DNA of 63,493 nucleotides, filler included, from Basidiobolus ranarum (Eukaryota), in NCBI GenBank assembly GCA_040143965.1. It is 49 parts of 49 records of this genome, joined end to end, with 100 filler letters (N's around TTAATTAATTAA, not from the genome) between each part and the next. Parts side by side here need not be neighbours in the genome. Positions count along the whole stretch, not along the records: positions 49,379 to 50,572 come from JASJQH010006053.1; positions 50,673 to 51,865 come from JASJQH010006054.1; positions 51,966 to 53,158 come from JASJQH010006055.1; positions 53,259 to 54,451 come from JASJQH010006056.1; positions 54,552 to 55,743 come from JASJQH010006057.1; positions 55,844 to 57,035 come from JASJQH010006058.1; positions 57,136 to 58,327 come from JASJQH010006059.1; positions 58,428 to 59,619 come from JASJQH010006060.1; 41 more parts are not named here. The stretch is one strand, 5' to 3'. The position numbers and the translations under genes are program-made. The notes beneath the pieces were generated by a model. It worked only from the letters and a program-made list of their open reading frames with translations. It did not search any database and had not been told where the DNA came from. Shown piece after piece: positions 50,196 through 62,302 of this stretch (position 1 is the first letter of the stretch; each line of letters starts with the position of its first letter).

Positions 50196-50572
50196 TGTAG
50201 TGGGGTAGCATTGCCACCCACTGGCAGGTTGACTTATTCCCACTCCAAGCTCATATCATTACTATTACACAATTTCTGTTTTATTATCCTTATTTGACTT
50301 ACCCATATTTTCTAGCCAATCATATCACACTATTAGTATTATCCCCTATTACTTCAGATTTATCAGTATTTACACACATTAGCCATGTTATTTTCTGGAA
50401 AATTTTACAATCTTTCAGAACATTCCACAAGATTCTTGGAATATTTGATGATTGATTAAGTTTTGACCAATCAAAACTTGATTTTACCGTAACAATCCGC
50501 AACTTTCTGGATTATTCTATAATCTTCCGGAACATTCCATGGATTACTAGTCTTATGATTTATGATGATGTT
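50196..50572 (+). mobile_element. LTR family E 5' part (TGTAGT...), HSE-rich; middle at 59720-60100 (minus), 3' part at 51966-52567 (...ACTACA) and 37572-37621 (minus)
   Basis: Overlapping homologies join the pieces. TGTAGT/ACTACA inverted ends at homology breaks. Confidence 0.7.
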
Positions 50573-50672
50573 NNNNNNNNNNNNNNNNNNNNNNNNNNNN
50601 NNNNNNNNNNNNNNNNTTAATTAATTAANNNNNNNNNNNNNNNNNNNNNNNNNNNNNNNNNNNNNNNNNNNN

Positions 50673-51865
50673 ATGCAAGTTGATGCCATAAGAATATATT
50701 AACAATATAAACAAACAACTCCCAATATTGCCAATACTTATCAGGCAGATATCTTACCAAAATTGCACTTGAATATATCAAATCCAATACTTCCAGTCTT
50801 TGCATTTGGATAAATGCCTGGATGAGTGGATATTGATGGGAGTCCTGGTAAAATATGACGGTATCTTGATGTTTTCAACCATTTTCCCAATCAATTCAAA
50901 CTTTGATTCTATCTTGAATGGCTCATTCTTATTGAATTCTCCACTATATAGCTGAGTAAGCAGTATTGGAATGTTGTTGAATAGTAAGTGCGTGGTGCCT
51001 AATGGGAAGCTCCAGCTCCAGCTGATCCCCATTAGCAATATAATCTTAGGCTTACAGCTAATACCAAGTTTGATGTTGGACTGACTATTTGGTGAATTGA
51101 TAGCAGTGATCATATTGAAATCTGACTGGGCTCTTGATGGTAAAATCATGAAGTTCAGTGTTGTAATTGGATACTAGTAATGCATATGCCTGTTAGAGTC
51201 AACTCCATTGATTAGACAAAATCTACAGCATGATAATGCATTGTGCCCACAAAATATCCAAATTTACTGATGCCAAGAGTGTCACCAATACATACAATGA
51301 TTTTAGCATTAAAAATATATTCACCCATCTGAACCCTATTAGATAACCATTCAAAATTCACAATCAAAGGCTCCAAGAAGCTATCTATAAGCACTAGTGA
51401 TTTAGGTCCAGATTCGATGGATAGTATCAAGATATTAAGACTCTTATACTGTTCAGAAGGAGGAAGATTTAAGTTAATTAAAAATTTTGGCTAGCAAGCC
51501 TTTCCAATGGTATATTTGTTTAGTGAGAAACCATCCAGAGCCAATGCAAATGCATGATCATCCGCATTACCAACAAACCTTGACTTTTCAGATTCTGGTA
51601 GTGATATACATCAAGTATATTTGTAATTCCATCAGCTTTACTGTGAGAACTTTGGTACTGGATCAATGATCTATATTTGGGTGATCTCATCAAAACCTTA
51701 AGAGGGGGAATCAATGGAATGTAAGCCAATAGAATGACATTTATCTGATTCAGTGATTGCCAATTGGGTGCAAACAGTATATGACTTCAGGTTTTCCCTA
51801 TCACTGGTGAAAGCCAAACAACCATTTGGACATGAAGGTAGTTTATTTACTGAAGGATTATAAGT
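50673..51865 (-). mobile_element. EnSpm-type transposase central fragment (another at 52568-53003)
   Basis: FPLGTTHLLFNNIP, KCKDWKYW, LEPLIVNFEWL. Confidence 0.8.
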
Positions 51866-53258
51866 NNNNNNNNNNNNNNNNNNNNNNNNNNNNNNNNNNN
51901 NNNNNNNNNTTAATTAATTAANNNNNNNNNNNNNNNNNNNNNNNNNNNNNNNNNNNNNNNNNNNNATCATCCTGGTTTTCAACTAACAATTACTACTTGT
52001 GATCACCCCTTATTTTCATCACCACTTACAAGACCTTTGAAGAGGAAGCTCAAGAGAGACTACTAGAGGCAGTTACAGGCTACTGTGTGACTAGAAAGGA
52101 CTTGACCAGCTCAAAGGAAGTACTGACAGGTAGTTGTTATATTTCTGATACTCTATATTGTTTTTTCTAGCTTTGTGTGCATAGGCAAGGAACTTTTCAT
52201 ATTCTTGGATAAATCACTACTAGTGCATCCTTGTTCAAGACCCTGCTGGCTGAGTTTACAGTTGTTTTTGATTGGAGATACCCTTTTTATCTGATCATTC
52301 TCAAAGGATGTTAAAGCCTGTATATTCTTTTGTCAGGCACCAGTATATTATTCAACCAAAAGCTAGACATAGCATTGTGGTTTATCATTCCTTAGACATT
52401 TCTAGAGGCTTGATTCCCTTTCACAAAGACCCAAGAGGCAAGAGACAGACCCATATTACAGTACATCCCAGAGTTATTCAACTCTGGTTATTGCACCCTT
52501 TGAACACCTCACAAAATCCTTAGGATATTGCAGTTATAGTTGCTGCTTACCCCCTAAAACAACTACACCAGCTCTTGATGGTAAAATTGTGAAGTTTAGT
52601 GTTGTATTTGGAGAGTAGTAACGCATATGCCTCTTAGGGTAAATTCCATTGATTTGACACAATCTACAGCAAGATGGTGCATTACACCCTCAAAAACCTC
52701 CAAGTTTACTGATGGCAGGAGTGTCACAATACATACAATGATATTAGCTTTAATAAAATATTCACCCATCTGGACCCATTAGATAACCATTCAAATTCCA
52801 CAATCAAAGGCTCAACAAAGCTCTCTATAAGCACTGGTGCTTTAGGCCCAGATATGATGGATAGTATCATATTATTATGACTCTTATACCATTCAGAAGG
52901 AGGAAGATTTAAGCTGATTAAAATTATTGGCCAGCAAGCATTTCCAATGGTATCTTTGTTTAGTGAGAAACCATCCAGAGCCAATGCAAATGCATGATGA
53001 TACTGTTGAAAGTCTGGTGACTTGTGGTACAAGCAGTAATTCCCAACAAGGAAAATATGGAGTATGGTGACTGCATCTGAACACAAAGTCTAAGGCCAAT
53101 CAGTTGCTTGTATAGCTGAAATGCCAAAGTACCATACATTGACAGACTAGGTTAAGGTNNNNNNNNNNNNNNNNNNNNNNNNNNNNNNNNNNNNNNNNNN
53201 NNTTAATTAATTAANNNNNNNNNNNNNNNNNNNNNNNNNNNNNNNNNNNNNNNNNNNN

Positions 53259-54451
53259 ACACAAGCTCTGAGATCTGATGAAGCAACAGAATGGAGAAAA
53301 GCAACTGATGATGAAATTCACTCCCTAATCAAGATTAACACATGGATCCTTGTGGACTTACCTACTGGAAGAAAAACTATTGGTAATAGATGGGTGCTGA
53401 AACTGAAACTTAACTCAGATGGATCTATCAACCAGTACAAAGCAAAATTAGTATTAAAAAGCTATGCTCAGAAACATGGCATTGACTATAATGAAACATT
53501 TTCTCCCATTGCTAAGTTTACCTCAATCAGAGTAAGCCTAGCCATTACTACCTACCAAGAAATGCTGAATGAACAAATGGATATCAAGACAGCATTTCTT
53601 AGTGGGGAAATTGATTAAGATGTATACATGGATCAACCAGAGGAAATATATGGCAAAAGGAAAAGAACATCAAGTATGCAAGCTACAGAGAAGTGTATAT
53701 GATCTGAAACAGGCTCCTTGCACATGGAATACCAAAATCAATCAGATCTTCATGGAACATCTTTTTCATTTTAGCCAACCTAATCACTGCATATACTTCA
53801 AGACTATCAAAGCTACCAATGTGAAAATTGCTCTCTATGTTGATGATATCATAATGGTTAGTAATTGCCCAAATCTGATGAAACAAACTAAGACCTGGCT
53901 ATCTACCAAGTTTGTAATGCAAGATCTTAAATCACTAGCATATTGTCTTGGAATGCAGATACATCAAAATTCCACTGTTGGAACACTCTATATTACACAA
54001 GAAAAATATATTGGAGATGTTTTGAATAGATTCAATATGTCAGAATGTAAAGCAGCTTCAAATCCACTGTGTATGCTAAAACACACTAAGGATATGGAAC
54101 CAAAGACCTCTGAAGATATTGAAATCATGAAGCATATTCCTTACCGCAGCACAGTTGGAAGTCTGATATATGCAACAACTGGTACTATGCCTGATATAGC
54201 TAGAGCAGTAAGCATAGTAAGCAAATATATGGAAAATCCTGCAATGAAACATTGGATAGCTATGAGACAGATAATACACTATCCAACAGGAACAGTACAT
54301 CATGGAATTCAATTTAGCAGGCAGTTCAGCATGTCACTTATTTTGGAAGGATATGCTGTTGCTGAGTGGGCTAACAATACAGAAGACCGTAAATCCAGAA
54401 CTGGATATTTGTTTAAGCTAGCAGGTGGCCCAATAAGTTGGATTAGCAAGA
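53259..54451 (+). mobile_element. Copia RT to RNase H start
   Basis: LYVDDI, YRSTVGSLIY, DRKSRTGY...GGPISW.SK. Confidence 0.93.
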
Positions 54452-54551
54452 NNNNNNNNNNNNNNNNNNNNNNNNNNNNNNNNNNNNNNNNNNNNTTAAT
54501 TAATTAANNNNNNNNNNNNNNNNNNNNNNNNNNNNNNNNNNNNNNNNNNNN

Positions 54552-55063
54552 TCAAGGATAATCAAAGTTGCATTTCTTTAGCTAAAAATCCCAAATTTCA
54601 TGCTAGAAGTAAGCACATTGATATTCAACATCACTTTGTTAGGGAAGCTATTGAGAATAAGCTGGAGTGGACCTTTATTAGGATTAGCTTATATGACTAT
54701 TTAGTTGAGGGAGAGTGTTGAAATTAGCATTGCCTATACACATATATAGTCATATATAGCTTAGTACTTAGTTATCTAATAATTCACCAAGATATTATCC
54801 ATTATTCTCAATTGGAATTAACTTGGAATATTTTTACCAACTTAGAAGTTCTCAGATATATAGACTTTTCAAACTTATGCTAGAAGCCCCAAACTTTGCA
54901 CGCATATTCCTGGGACCTTCCTTAGCACATTCTATATGTTAGTTTGGTTACATCGTAACAAAACTATAAATGTCAACTTTCAACTCAATAAATCAATAAG
55001 TGAAAACCACCAATTCCTCTAATTCTCCACACCACTTCCAACAAGCTCCCAAATACTTCAACA
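54552..55063 (+). mobile_element. Copia family A 3' end: RNase H remnant, PPT and complete 348-bp LTR (54716-55063); EnSpm left end follows at 55071
   Basis: [21 protein letters not shown] then TGTTGAA...TTCAACA. Confidence 0.88.
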
Positions 55064-55843
55064 TGTAATACCCTAACAGAAATTTGAGGAATGTTATAGT
55101 AAGAAAAGCATGACAATTTTAATACATTTTGAATTGATTATTTACTTTTCATCATGCTATTTTTTCAGTTTCAGGAGTGAAATTTCAAGATCTTGCAAAA
55201 TAGTTGTACATGATTGGCTACAATCTCAGAAAACTATGGATCAGCACATGTGCAAAAAATGTAACTCAAATTTTACACATTTGCCACTTTGATGCTAATT
55301 TATCACCAACAGTAGATCAAAAAGTGTGGCTGCATATTTGACTGAACCAAAATCTTGAGGAAATGAAAAAAGGCATATGTACTTTATATCCAGAGTAGAC
55401 TCAATGATGAAATTAGCATTGCCTAAACACCTGTATAGTCATATATAGCTTAGTGCTTAGTTATCTTATAATTCACTAAGATATTATCCATTATTCTCAT
55501 GAGAGACATACTTGAAATATTTTTACCAACTTAGAAGTGCTTAGAAATATAGATTTTCAAACTTGTGCTAGAAGCCCCAAACTTTGCACATATGTTCCGG
55601 GGATCTTTCTAAACACATTCTACATGTTAGTTTGTTTACATCTTGACAAAACTACAAATGTCAACTGAATACTCAATAAATCAATAAGTGAAAACCACCA
55701 ATTCCTCAAATTCCCCAAACCACATCCAACAGGCTCCCAAATANNNNNNNNNNNNNNNNNNNNNNNNNNNNNNNNNNNNNNNNNNNNTTAATTAATTAAN
55801 NNNNNNNNNNNNNNNNNNNNNNNNNNNNNNNNNNNNNNNNNNN

Positions 55844-56729
55844 GTTCTGGTAGACTACTTAGAAGAGTCATAATGACATCTTCTTCCTGTAAAGTTGCAC
55901 CAATATTTTTCAGCTGTTTTGCCAAAGATCTCACATTTGCAATATGAGTAACCATGCTTTCAGACTTTTCCATCTTTGTATTGAAGAATTTTAGTCTGAG
56001 AGAGGGTCTATTAGCAAGACTCTTTGCTTCATAACACTCTTTCAATATAGTCCTAGCTTGATGGGAAGTCTTTGCATATTGAATATTCACAAGTTGTGAA
56101 TCCTTCAAACTTTGACAAATGACATTGAATGCCTTCTTGTCTCTTTTCTTGTAAGCTTCCAGTAAAGAAGGGTCAGAAGGTTCCTTTTCATCTCCTGAGA
56201 CTACATCCCAAAGCTCCCTGTCTTCCAGCATGATTTGTATCTTGAACTTCCACAAATTGTAATTTTCTCATTCAAGCTTTTCAACACTTGAGTTAATAGA
56301 AGTGGTAGTAGTGGTTTCTGTCATGCTGTAAAGGTTAGAACATGGGGCTCATAATCTATTGGGAAAATATGGGCTGTTTGGTGGAACTTTAGAAAAGTGT
56401 AGTTGTGAATAGCTTTGTGAGATAATGATTTATTGTCCAGAAATAAAGCATTTGTACATTTTGGTGGAAATACAGAAAACTCACACTGGGGCTGTGTTCA
56501 GAACATCTGTGGGAGTAAAATGAGCTATCTTTGGGGCAATTTGGATGAAATTGAATTTTCCTATATGGATTTGCTAATTTTCACATTATTCACATATATA
56601 TATAATACATGTTCCAATTTTCAGTTAAGTGATATTTGACTAAGTAATGTTAGCTAACTTATATGTGATATATGAAATAGTTAGGTGTATAAAGATAGAG
56701 GTAACTAACATGATAAAGACAATAAACTA
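55844..56729 (-). mobile_element. Copia family B 5' LTR (56357-56729), PBS GATTATGAGCCCC (56344-56356) and gag (ATG 56324)
   Basis: NYNLWKFKIQIMLEDRELWDVV...LLSSLPE. Confidence 0.88.
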
Positions 56730-57035
56730 CTTATACTCTTAAGAATAAAGTAACTAAAATGCACTATCATAAGTTGCTTCTAATACCCAAAGTCTATCCC
56801 CATTATGTCAAGATCCTCCAACATGGTAGCAGCAAGTGAATTAGAGTCTTCTTCCTAAAAGGAGATTACTGATATTCCAACATTCAATGGGGAAGATTTC
56901 CATGAATGGAAATTTAAGATGCAACTTGTGCTTGATGGGAAACATGTCTGGGAAGTAGTTCAAACAGATGAAGAAGAAGAAACTTCTGAAGAAGAATGTT
57001 CAGATTCTGACACTGTCACAACGAAGCCAATACAT
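56730..57035 (+). mobile_element. Copia family C LTR end, PBS (56824) and gag start
   Basis: Paralogue of 27850-28125. Confidence 0.85.
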
Positions 57036-57135
57036 NNNNNNNNNNNNNNNNNNNNNNNNNNNNNNNNNNNNNNNNNNNNTTAATTAATTAANNNNNNNNN
57101 NNNNNNNNNNNNNNNNNNNNNNNNNNNNNNNNNNN

Positions 57136-57766
57136 CAGACTTAGGCTACATGAAAAAATGTGATATTTCTGTATTTGAAGATAATCCAAGTTGTATTTTA
57201 GTAACTAAAAACCCTACATTTCATGCTAGAACAAAACATATAGATATTGGGCATCATTTTGTTAAATAAGCAATAGAGAATCATATAATTGACCTTGTCT
57301 ATTGCCTTACTGAAGAAATGATTGCTGACATCTTAACCAAACTCTTATTAAATAGCACAATTTGGATTATTAAGCTATAAGTTAGGTTTGAGGGAAATAC
57401 AAAATAATTAGTTGAGTAGGAATTTTGAAATTAGGTAAATAGCAACTCATTATTAAGTAGTTAGTTTACTCATATTCTGATTATTTAGCACTCAATTCTG
57501 AAAAACATGTGTTTGTTGGTCTAATTGATAGAAATATCAATTAAATCACTTTTACCAATTTTCACCATTTTCTCAAAACCTCTCTAAATCATCTCAAACT
57601 TTCACCCATGCTTAACAGGCATGTTTGTTACAATCTAAGCATGTCCAATAGTTCTATATCATAGTAAACTATTAATAGGACATATTCAGTTCAATAAAAC
57701 TGATGTGTCTAATTCACAAATTCAAATCTTGTCCAAAAAATTTTCAAATCACCTAAGCACTTCAAT
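57136..57766 (+). mobile_element. Copia RNase H end and 3' LTR family D
   Basis: FEDN...KNPTFHARTKHIDIGHHF, ADILTK. Confidence 0.85.
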
Positions 57767-57934
57767 CATTTATCATCTACTGAAGCAGAATATACTGCAG
57801 TTACAAAAGTTTTTAAATAAGCCACATTGTTAAGAAGTCTCCTTGCAGACTTCAACTTCCAGTATATTGAGCCTATTCCACTCTAAGACATTAATCAGTT
57901 ATGTAATGCCTTGGGTAGGATTCTTGCTATATAT

Positions 57935-58327
57935 ATACTTGTTCCATTGTATTGAGCCAGATCAGGTAAGCTAAAAGTGTGCCAATGCAGTTTAGCATAA
58001 TTGGGCCCTATGCAGCACAATGTTATTTGCCATTTCAGAAGTATTTGTTCTACATGGGAGGTTTATTTAGAAAAAGTGTATTTCAACATTATTGCACATT
58101 CAAAAAATGATGGAAGCTTAATTCAGGGTCTCAGTTTAGAGAGCTTAATAGTTATCTTTGAATAGCAATGTATTCAGAATTAATCAAGATTTTGTCCATT
58201 GTGCCTAACTATTATTTAGGCCCACAAATTGATTTTCCTCTATAATTTCCTTTGACAATGATGTATCTAATTAGGAAGCCAAGCCTATGATTTAATCTTG
58301 CTCTAAAATGGGAAAAAATATCATTAT
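57935..58327 (-). mobile_element. Degenerate second copy of the Harbinger/ISL2EU-like element 3' end
   Basis: Collinear with 40831-41228. Confidence 0.75.
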
Positions 58328-58427
58328 NNNNNNNNNNNNNNNNNNNNNNNNNNNNNNNNNNNNNNNNNNNNTTAATTAATTAANNNNNNNNNNNNNNNNN
58401 NNNNNNNNNNNNNNNNNNNNNNNNNNN

Positions 58428-58499
58428 GGGAAGTTTAGCCAAGCGAGCAACGCTAACAACTCTAATAGAATTTTTGAGAGTAGAGCGAATGGTATTCAT
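58428..58499 (-). CDS. 5' end of gene with mitochondrial-presequence-like N-terminus (paralogue 1)
   Basis: MNTIRSTLKNSIRVVSVARLAKLP, AAACAATG context, upstream TATATATAAG at about 58539-58548. Confidence 0.65.
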
Positions 58500-59547
58500 T
58501 GTTTAAAGAGTATAATTTCAATTATTGATCTTAGTCACCTTATATATATCAAAATGAACGCATTTCATTCATGGTGAGTAATATTGAGTTAGATGTAACC
58601 ATAACTTTAATATCATCCACTTAAATTCCTTATTAGAAAAGAGTCGATAATATCCATATTTGTATTGCTAAAATCATTAGGTTACGTTGAAAGATCCTAT
58701 CGATGATTCGTCATCCTTTTTTCATTTAAAATCTTATTAAATTGTGACTATAGATTTTTGTGCGGGCCAAGTTCACCATATCCAAGTAACAAATATGTTT
58801 TGAACGGATAAAATCGAGTGATCTGATTGATGTTTCTACATAATTTACTACCTTATCAAAACCATTACCTTGGGGGTTTTGTTCTTCTATATGTACTGTG
58901 TTTTTAGTAACATTCTAGGATAACATTGGAAAACTGAATGTTCGTGAAAGGTTGTTCGCTGAGGACTTGGTTCGCAAAAAAAATTCCTTGCCAGATCATC
59001 TTGATACTGCTGAGATTTATGATCAATCTGAGTCGATCAAACAATACTACAATGCTCACATGCTTATATCCCCGGGGGACCGACCATCTTTGTGGTTAGA
59101 GTATCCACCATTACAATCGAATATCCTCATTCGGTTGCTTATCAAATATCCACTGATGTACCTTGGCCATGATAAGAGCAAGACGAGTGGTTTACGAGTA
59201 GTTTAGGTACGTGGGTCGACTGATGCCAGTGCCGGGACATGTTGCAAGGTAACAAATCGAAGCGATAATACCTGCGCCGAAGTGGGCTTCTTACCCGAAA
59301 TGACCAAATATAGAGAAGATTAGACATTGTAATCACGAGGATGCAAGATCGCATTTCCATTTTGTACCACGAAAGGAATCCATTGGGGAGTATCGTGTAC
59401 AACTCACAAGAATGCATTAACTATTAGTCACAGTGATTAATGAAGACCCTGGGGTTGCTATAAAGTCGTCGAGAGCAGCCACTCTAGAATCTTCATAACA
59501 TTGGCTTTTTGCTCATTTTAATCGGATCTTCTCTTACATAGAACAAT

Positions 59548-59619
59548 ATGAATAGCTCACGTCTTGCATTTAGAGCCTCCATGAGAGTTGCCAGCGTTGC
59601 TCGCTTGGCTAGACTCCCT
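59548..59619 (+). CDS. 5' end of gene with mitochondrial-presequence-like N-terminus (paralogue 2)
   Basis: MNSSRLAFRASMRVASVARLARLP, TATAAAG at about 59459. Same 24-codon length to the contig break. Confidence 0.65.
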
Positions 59620-60441
59620 NNNNNNNNNNNNNNNNNNNNNNNNNNNNNNNNNNNNNNNNNNNNTTAATTAATTAANNNNNNNNNNNNNNNNNNNNNNNNN
59701 NNNNNNNNNNNNNNNNNNNTCTTGAGCTTCCTCTTCAAAGGTCTTGTAAGCGGTGATGTAAATAAGGGGTGATCACAAGTAGTAATTGTTAGTTGAAAAC
59801 CAGGATGATTTTTATTTGAAAAGATATGGCTCCTATTTATACTTTTCTGAAGGTAGATATGATTACTAATGAGAATTTCCAGAAAGTTCCAGAGAATTCT
59901 ATTGGTGGGGATCTGGGGGTATGATATCATCATAAATCATGAGATTAGTAATCCATGGAATGTTCCGGAAGGTTTTAGGATAATCCAGAAAGTCATGGAA
60001 TGTTCCGGCAAAATCAAGTTTTGATTGGTCAAAACTTAATCAATCATCAAATAATCCAAGAATCTTGTGGAATGTTCCGGAAGATTGTAGAATTTCCAGA
60101 ACTATGAATTCTTGCTTGGATATATGGAAGTCATTCACAATCTTGACAGAAGCTGGGGAAGGGAGCAATAGACAAAAGAGAAGCAACTTTTTACTCTGCT
60201 CTGGAGAGAATACTATATCTTCATGCCTTCAGAAGTCTGCAAGAATATATACTATAAGACTCATGAGGAGAGAAAGAGCTAATTGAGAAATAGAAGTTTT
60301 GATTTCAAGTCTGCAAAGACATGATTCCTATTTTGTTTTTGCTTGTATGGACCATAAGCAACTGTTGCAGCCTCAACTTTAGAGACAAAAGATATACTAA
60401 ATAGATAACTACCACTACTCGATGAGACCTTGTAGCAACTG

Positions 60442-60911
60442 TTGATGGAGGTCCCAGAGTTCAAAGCAACATTTCAGGACACTATGGCAAGAGTAATCAA
60501 CATAGGTGTAAAGAGAAAAGCAAGACAATTAACTGAATCAGAAGATATTCCCAAAGACAAATTGGCGCAGTCTAGAACATTGCATAGATGTGCTAGATCA
60601 CTCCAAATCAAAGAGACTCCTGACTAGGTATCTGTTTCATCAGAAGAATCTCCACAACTCACCACTAGAATTGAGGTAACACCTCCAACAAGGGCAAGAG
60701 CCCAACAAGTTGGTTCATCAGCTAGTGGTACACATTGATGGCAACACCAGCATGGAAGAGTCCATGATGTTTCTCCTGTTTTTGATGAAGAGCAAGCAGT
60801 CAATGAAGAACCAGAAAGAAGGCAGCCCCCATTCTAGGTATGTATTTCACAAGAAGAATCTCCACAACTCACCACTAGAATTGAGGTAACACCTCCAACA
60901 AGGGCAAGAGC
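60442..60911 (+). pseudogene. Degraded ORF with 210-bp (70-codon) direct repeat, probably TE-derived
   Basis: CTAGGTA...GAAGAATCTCCACAACTCACCACTAGAATTGAGGTAACACCTCCAACAAGGGCAAGAGC at 60624 and 60834. Confidence 0.5.
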
Positions 60912-61013
60912 NNNNNNNNNNNNNNNNNNNNNNNNNNNNNNNNNNNNNNNNNNNNTTAATTAATTAANNNNNNNNNNNNNNNNNNNNNNNNNNNNNNNNN
61001 NNNNNNNNNNNAA

Positions 61014-62201
61014 GGAAAGTGGAAAATCCAAATTCTGCCCATTGAACAAGCACAAAATGAAGCTCGACATATCAAGATTGAATCGACCGATGAGCTCAAA
61101 GATAGCATTCATCAACTTCAACGTAGTCTCAATCTCATCTCCGGTCCTCTTTTCCAGTTTTCTTTGTACGACATCAGTGACAACCAACAGTGGCTTTTCA
61201 TGGTAATTCATCATTTTGTTATTGACCTAGTATCATGGCGCATTATCTGGGAAGACCTTGAGCAACTTTTACAAGGAAAGGAATGTGGGTACAAGTCGAT
61301 GTCCTTTATGCAGTGGAGTTACATGCTAGATGAGTATGCCCAAAGCTTAGATGTGGATATGTGGCCGATTCAAGATGTATCTGAGCCTTTAATCAGTGAT
61401 GTGTCGCTCCTGGAAACGAATACGTTTCACACTGCAAAATCACTTTCCTTTACCTTAACTTCCGATCAAACTGACTTGTTATTTAGCAAGTGTAATCTGC
61501 CTTTCCGGACTGAAGCTACTGATCTTATGATCTCATCTCTCGCAATTTCATACTGCACCGTGTTTAACTCAGGAAACATGACAATCGGGGTGGAGGGTCA
61601 TGGTCGAGAAACATGGAATGAGGAGATAGATATATCAAGAACTGTCGGTTGGTTCACCACGATTCATCCATTTGTGATTGGAGTAGCCCAAACTGAAGAT
61701 CCTTTACTGATTTTGAAACGAGTTAAAGATCTAAGAAAATCTATACCAAGTAATGGTTTAGTTTACGGACTTCTCCGTTATTTGAGTAGAGAACTAGAGA
61801 ATCCCTACAAAAAGGACATAATTCAGGTCTCATTCAACTACCTCGGTCGTTTCCAGCAACTCGAAGGTCAGTCTTCATTTTTCCAACCAGTGGAGGCACC
61901 TTTCGATTACCATACCGAAAACATAGATGAAAATTGGAAGCGCGATCATGTGTTTGATATTTTGGCAGGAGTTAATCAAGGTTGTTTCCGGGCTGAAATA
62001 TTATATGGCTCTACTCTGTATTCTGAAGAAACCGTTTTTAGCTGGTTGCAAACGTGGAAGCAGACACTTAGTGCTATGATCAGTCAATGTGCTCAGTTGA
62101 ATGTTATAGAGCATACTCGAAGTGACTTCCCATTGCTCAAACTATCGGAATCGAACTTTAATGTGCTTTACAACGAGACTCTCCTTGAAGCTGGAGTTGA
62201 T
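61014..62201 (+). CDS. Non-ribosomal peptide synthetase, epimerization (E) domain, internal fragment
   Basis: Open, intronless frame across the whole contig. HHFVIDLVSWR, EGHGRE, SRTVGWFTT.HP, P.NG..YG.LRY, FNYLGRF, TRSDFPL linker. Confidence 0.93.
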
Positions 62202-62302
62202 CNNNNNNNNNNNNNNNNNNNNNNNNNNNNNNNNNNNNNNNNNNNNTTAATTAATTAANNNNNNNNNNNNNNNNNNNNNNNNNNNNNNNNNNNNNNNNNN
62301 NN

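Noticed and set aside
58428..59619. MITE or TIR transposon interpretation of the terminal inverted repeat
   Set aside because: The repeat keeps frame from two ATGs with TATA boxes, and the interior is CpG-normal promoter-like DNA.
1206..62302. Regularly spaced TTAATTAATTAA with ~1.2-kb spacers (CRISPR-like or cassette-like periodicity)
   Set aside because: It is an artificial six-frame stop linker between size-sorted contigs. ORFs ending in X...LIN or X...N are products of it.
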